Shown: one piece after another, positions 29,242 to 29,955 of the stretch
Layout of the letters: each line of letters starts with the position of its first letter
How positions within the stretch are numbered: the first letter of the stretch is position 1
Assembly: GCA_051117555.1 (NCBI GenBank)
Contig: JBNPEG010000076.1
Span: 16,117 to 46,071, forward strand
Origin: Elainellaceae cyanobacterium
GTDB taxonomy: Bacteria; Cyanobacteriota; Cyanobacteriia; CAZCXK01
Length of the DNA stretch: 29,955 nucleotides
Reading direction: 5' to 3'
Notes under the pieces: model-generated
Database searches by the model: none
What the model was told of the DNA's origin: nothing
What the model saw: the letters and a program-made list of their open reading frames with translations, nothing else
Made by a program: the position numbers and the translations under genes

Positions 29242-29281
29242 AGGCGCGTATGACAATCTGCTGATTGCTCGGCCGTTGATG

Positions 29282-29344
29282 GCAATTTGCGCGTCAAGTA
29301 CAAAGATGGTGGTGTGGAGGGCGCGACGCCCTTCCACCACTGTA
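29282..29344. repeat. Family C hairpin element (inverted relative to 8223-8312) between convergent genes
   Basis: GCAATTTGC-GCGTCAAGTA...GGTGGTGTGG...CGCCCT..CACCAC.GTA aligns with the reverse complement of the 8223 copy. Confidence 0.6.
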
Positions 29345-29359
29345 GGATGCCAGACGAGT

Positions 29360-29722
29360 TTACACCCCAGTCTGCTTCACTTGAGGCGTTACACCATTCC
29401 GCTTCAGGCACTCCAAAAATTCAATTTCAGTTGTGTCGAGTTTGTATTCGTCGTAATTTTGCTTAACTCCAAAAACTTTTTCCAAAAAATCATTGCCAGA
29501 CTCACGCAAAGCTCGACCTAGATCTCCCTCACTGAGCTGAGACGGAATGCATTCTGCAACCACCGTCAAATCTCTACCGTCTGCGGAGATGTATGTATCA
29601 GCTAGGGGTGGCCCTTCTGCATGAGCTGGTTCTATAAAAATCGATGAGAAGACGATCAGTCCGACAATAAGTGCTGCTGCGATACGTCGAATTGAAGTTA
29701 ATCTGGGTCGGGGAAACAGCAT
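29360..29722 (-). CDS. Secreted hypothetical protein
   Basis: Signal peptide (RRIAAALIVGLIVFSSIFIEPAHA) and a two-Cys mature domain. Confidence 0.8.
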   Translation of the reverse strand: MLFPRPRLTSIRRIAAALIVGLIVFSSIFIEPAHAEGPPLADTYISADGRDLTVVAECIPSQLSEGDLGRALRESGNDFLEKVFGVKQNYDEYKLDTTEIEFLECLKRNGVTPQVKQTGV

Positions 29723-29955
29723 AAGAAAAGCTCACAATCAAAATGTTTACATCCCTGAGCTTAACGAAAATTAATTAAGAAATGTTAAATAAATCCAATT
29801 TTTCATTGCAATATCGACGGAATATGGATGGATTTTGATTGTGAACTCGTTGTTTGTGACGTTCGTTTTAACGGTGGGCATCCTGATATCGCAACGTTAA
29901 TCACGTTTTTAGCGTTAACACCAGGAGATGCCGATGCCTAGGAGAAATCAACACG

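Overview
A 30-kb chromosomal window from a beta-cyanobacterium, probably filamentous. The evidence is about 40 HIP1 octamers (GCGATCGC, manual count), an NtcA box before amt1, a carboxysomal-type carbonic anhydrase and heptamer tandem repeats. Most genes are housekeeping: a sugar ABC permease, an EamA transporter, 1-Cys peroxiredoxin-cysK-(2Fe-2S) ferredoxin, amt1, ispH, upp, thrB, glgB, two SGNH hydrolases, an SDR and tRNA-Val(CAC). A large sensor kinase and a REC-kinase sit directly upstream of ccaA. No transposase, integrase, CRISPR or phage gene is visible. The best candidate for an undescribed system is 2441-4817. Two tandem cyanobacterial LexA-like boxes precede a tightly coupled operon of uncharacterised envelope proteins: a membrane protein, an unannotated 30-aa single-TM peptide, a membrane-anchored protein, and a secreted protein with a possible lysozyme-like domain. 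It may be an SOS-controlled cell-wall or division module (inference). Other points: the large kinase seems to have lost its receiver domain at a HIP1 site, a 57-aa sORF is missing from the ORF track, and several families of small TA-bounded MITE/REP-like elements cluster in intergenic regions.
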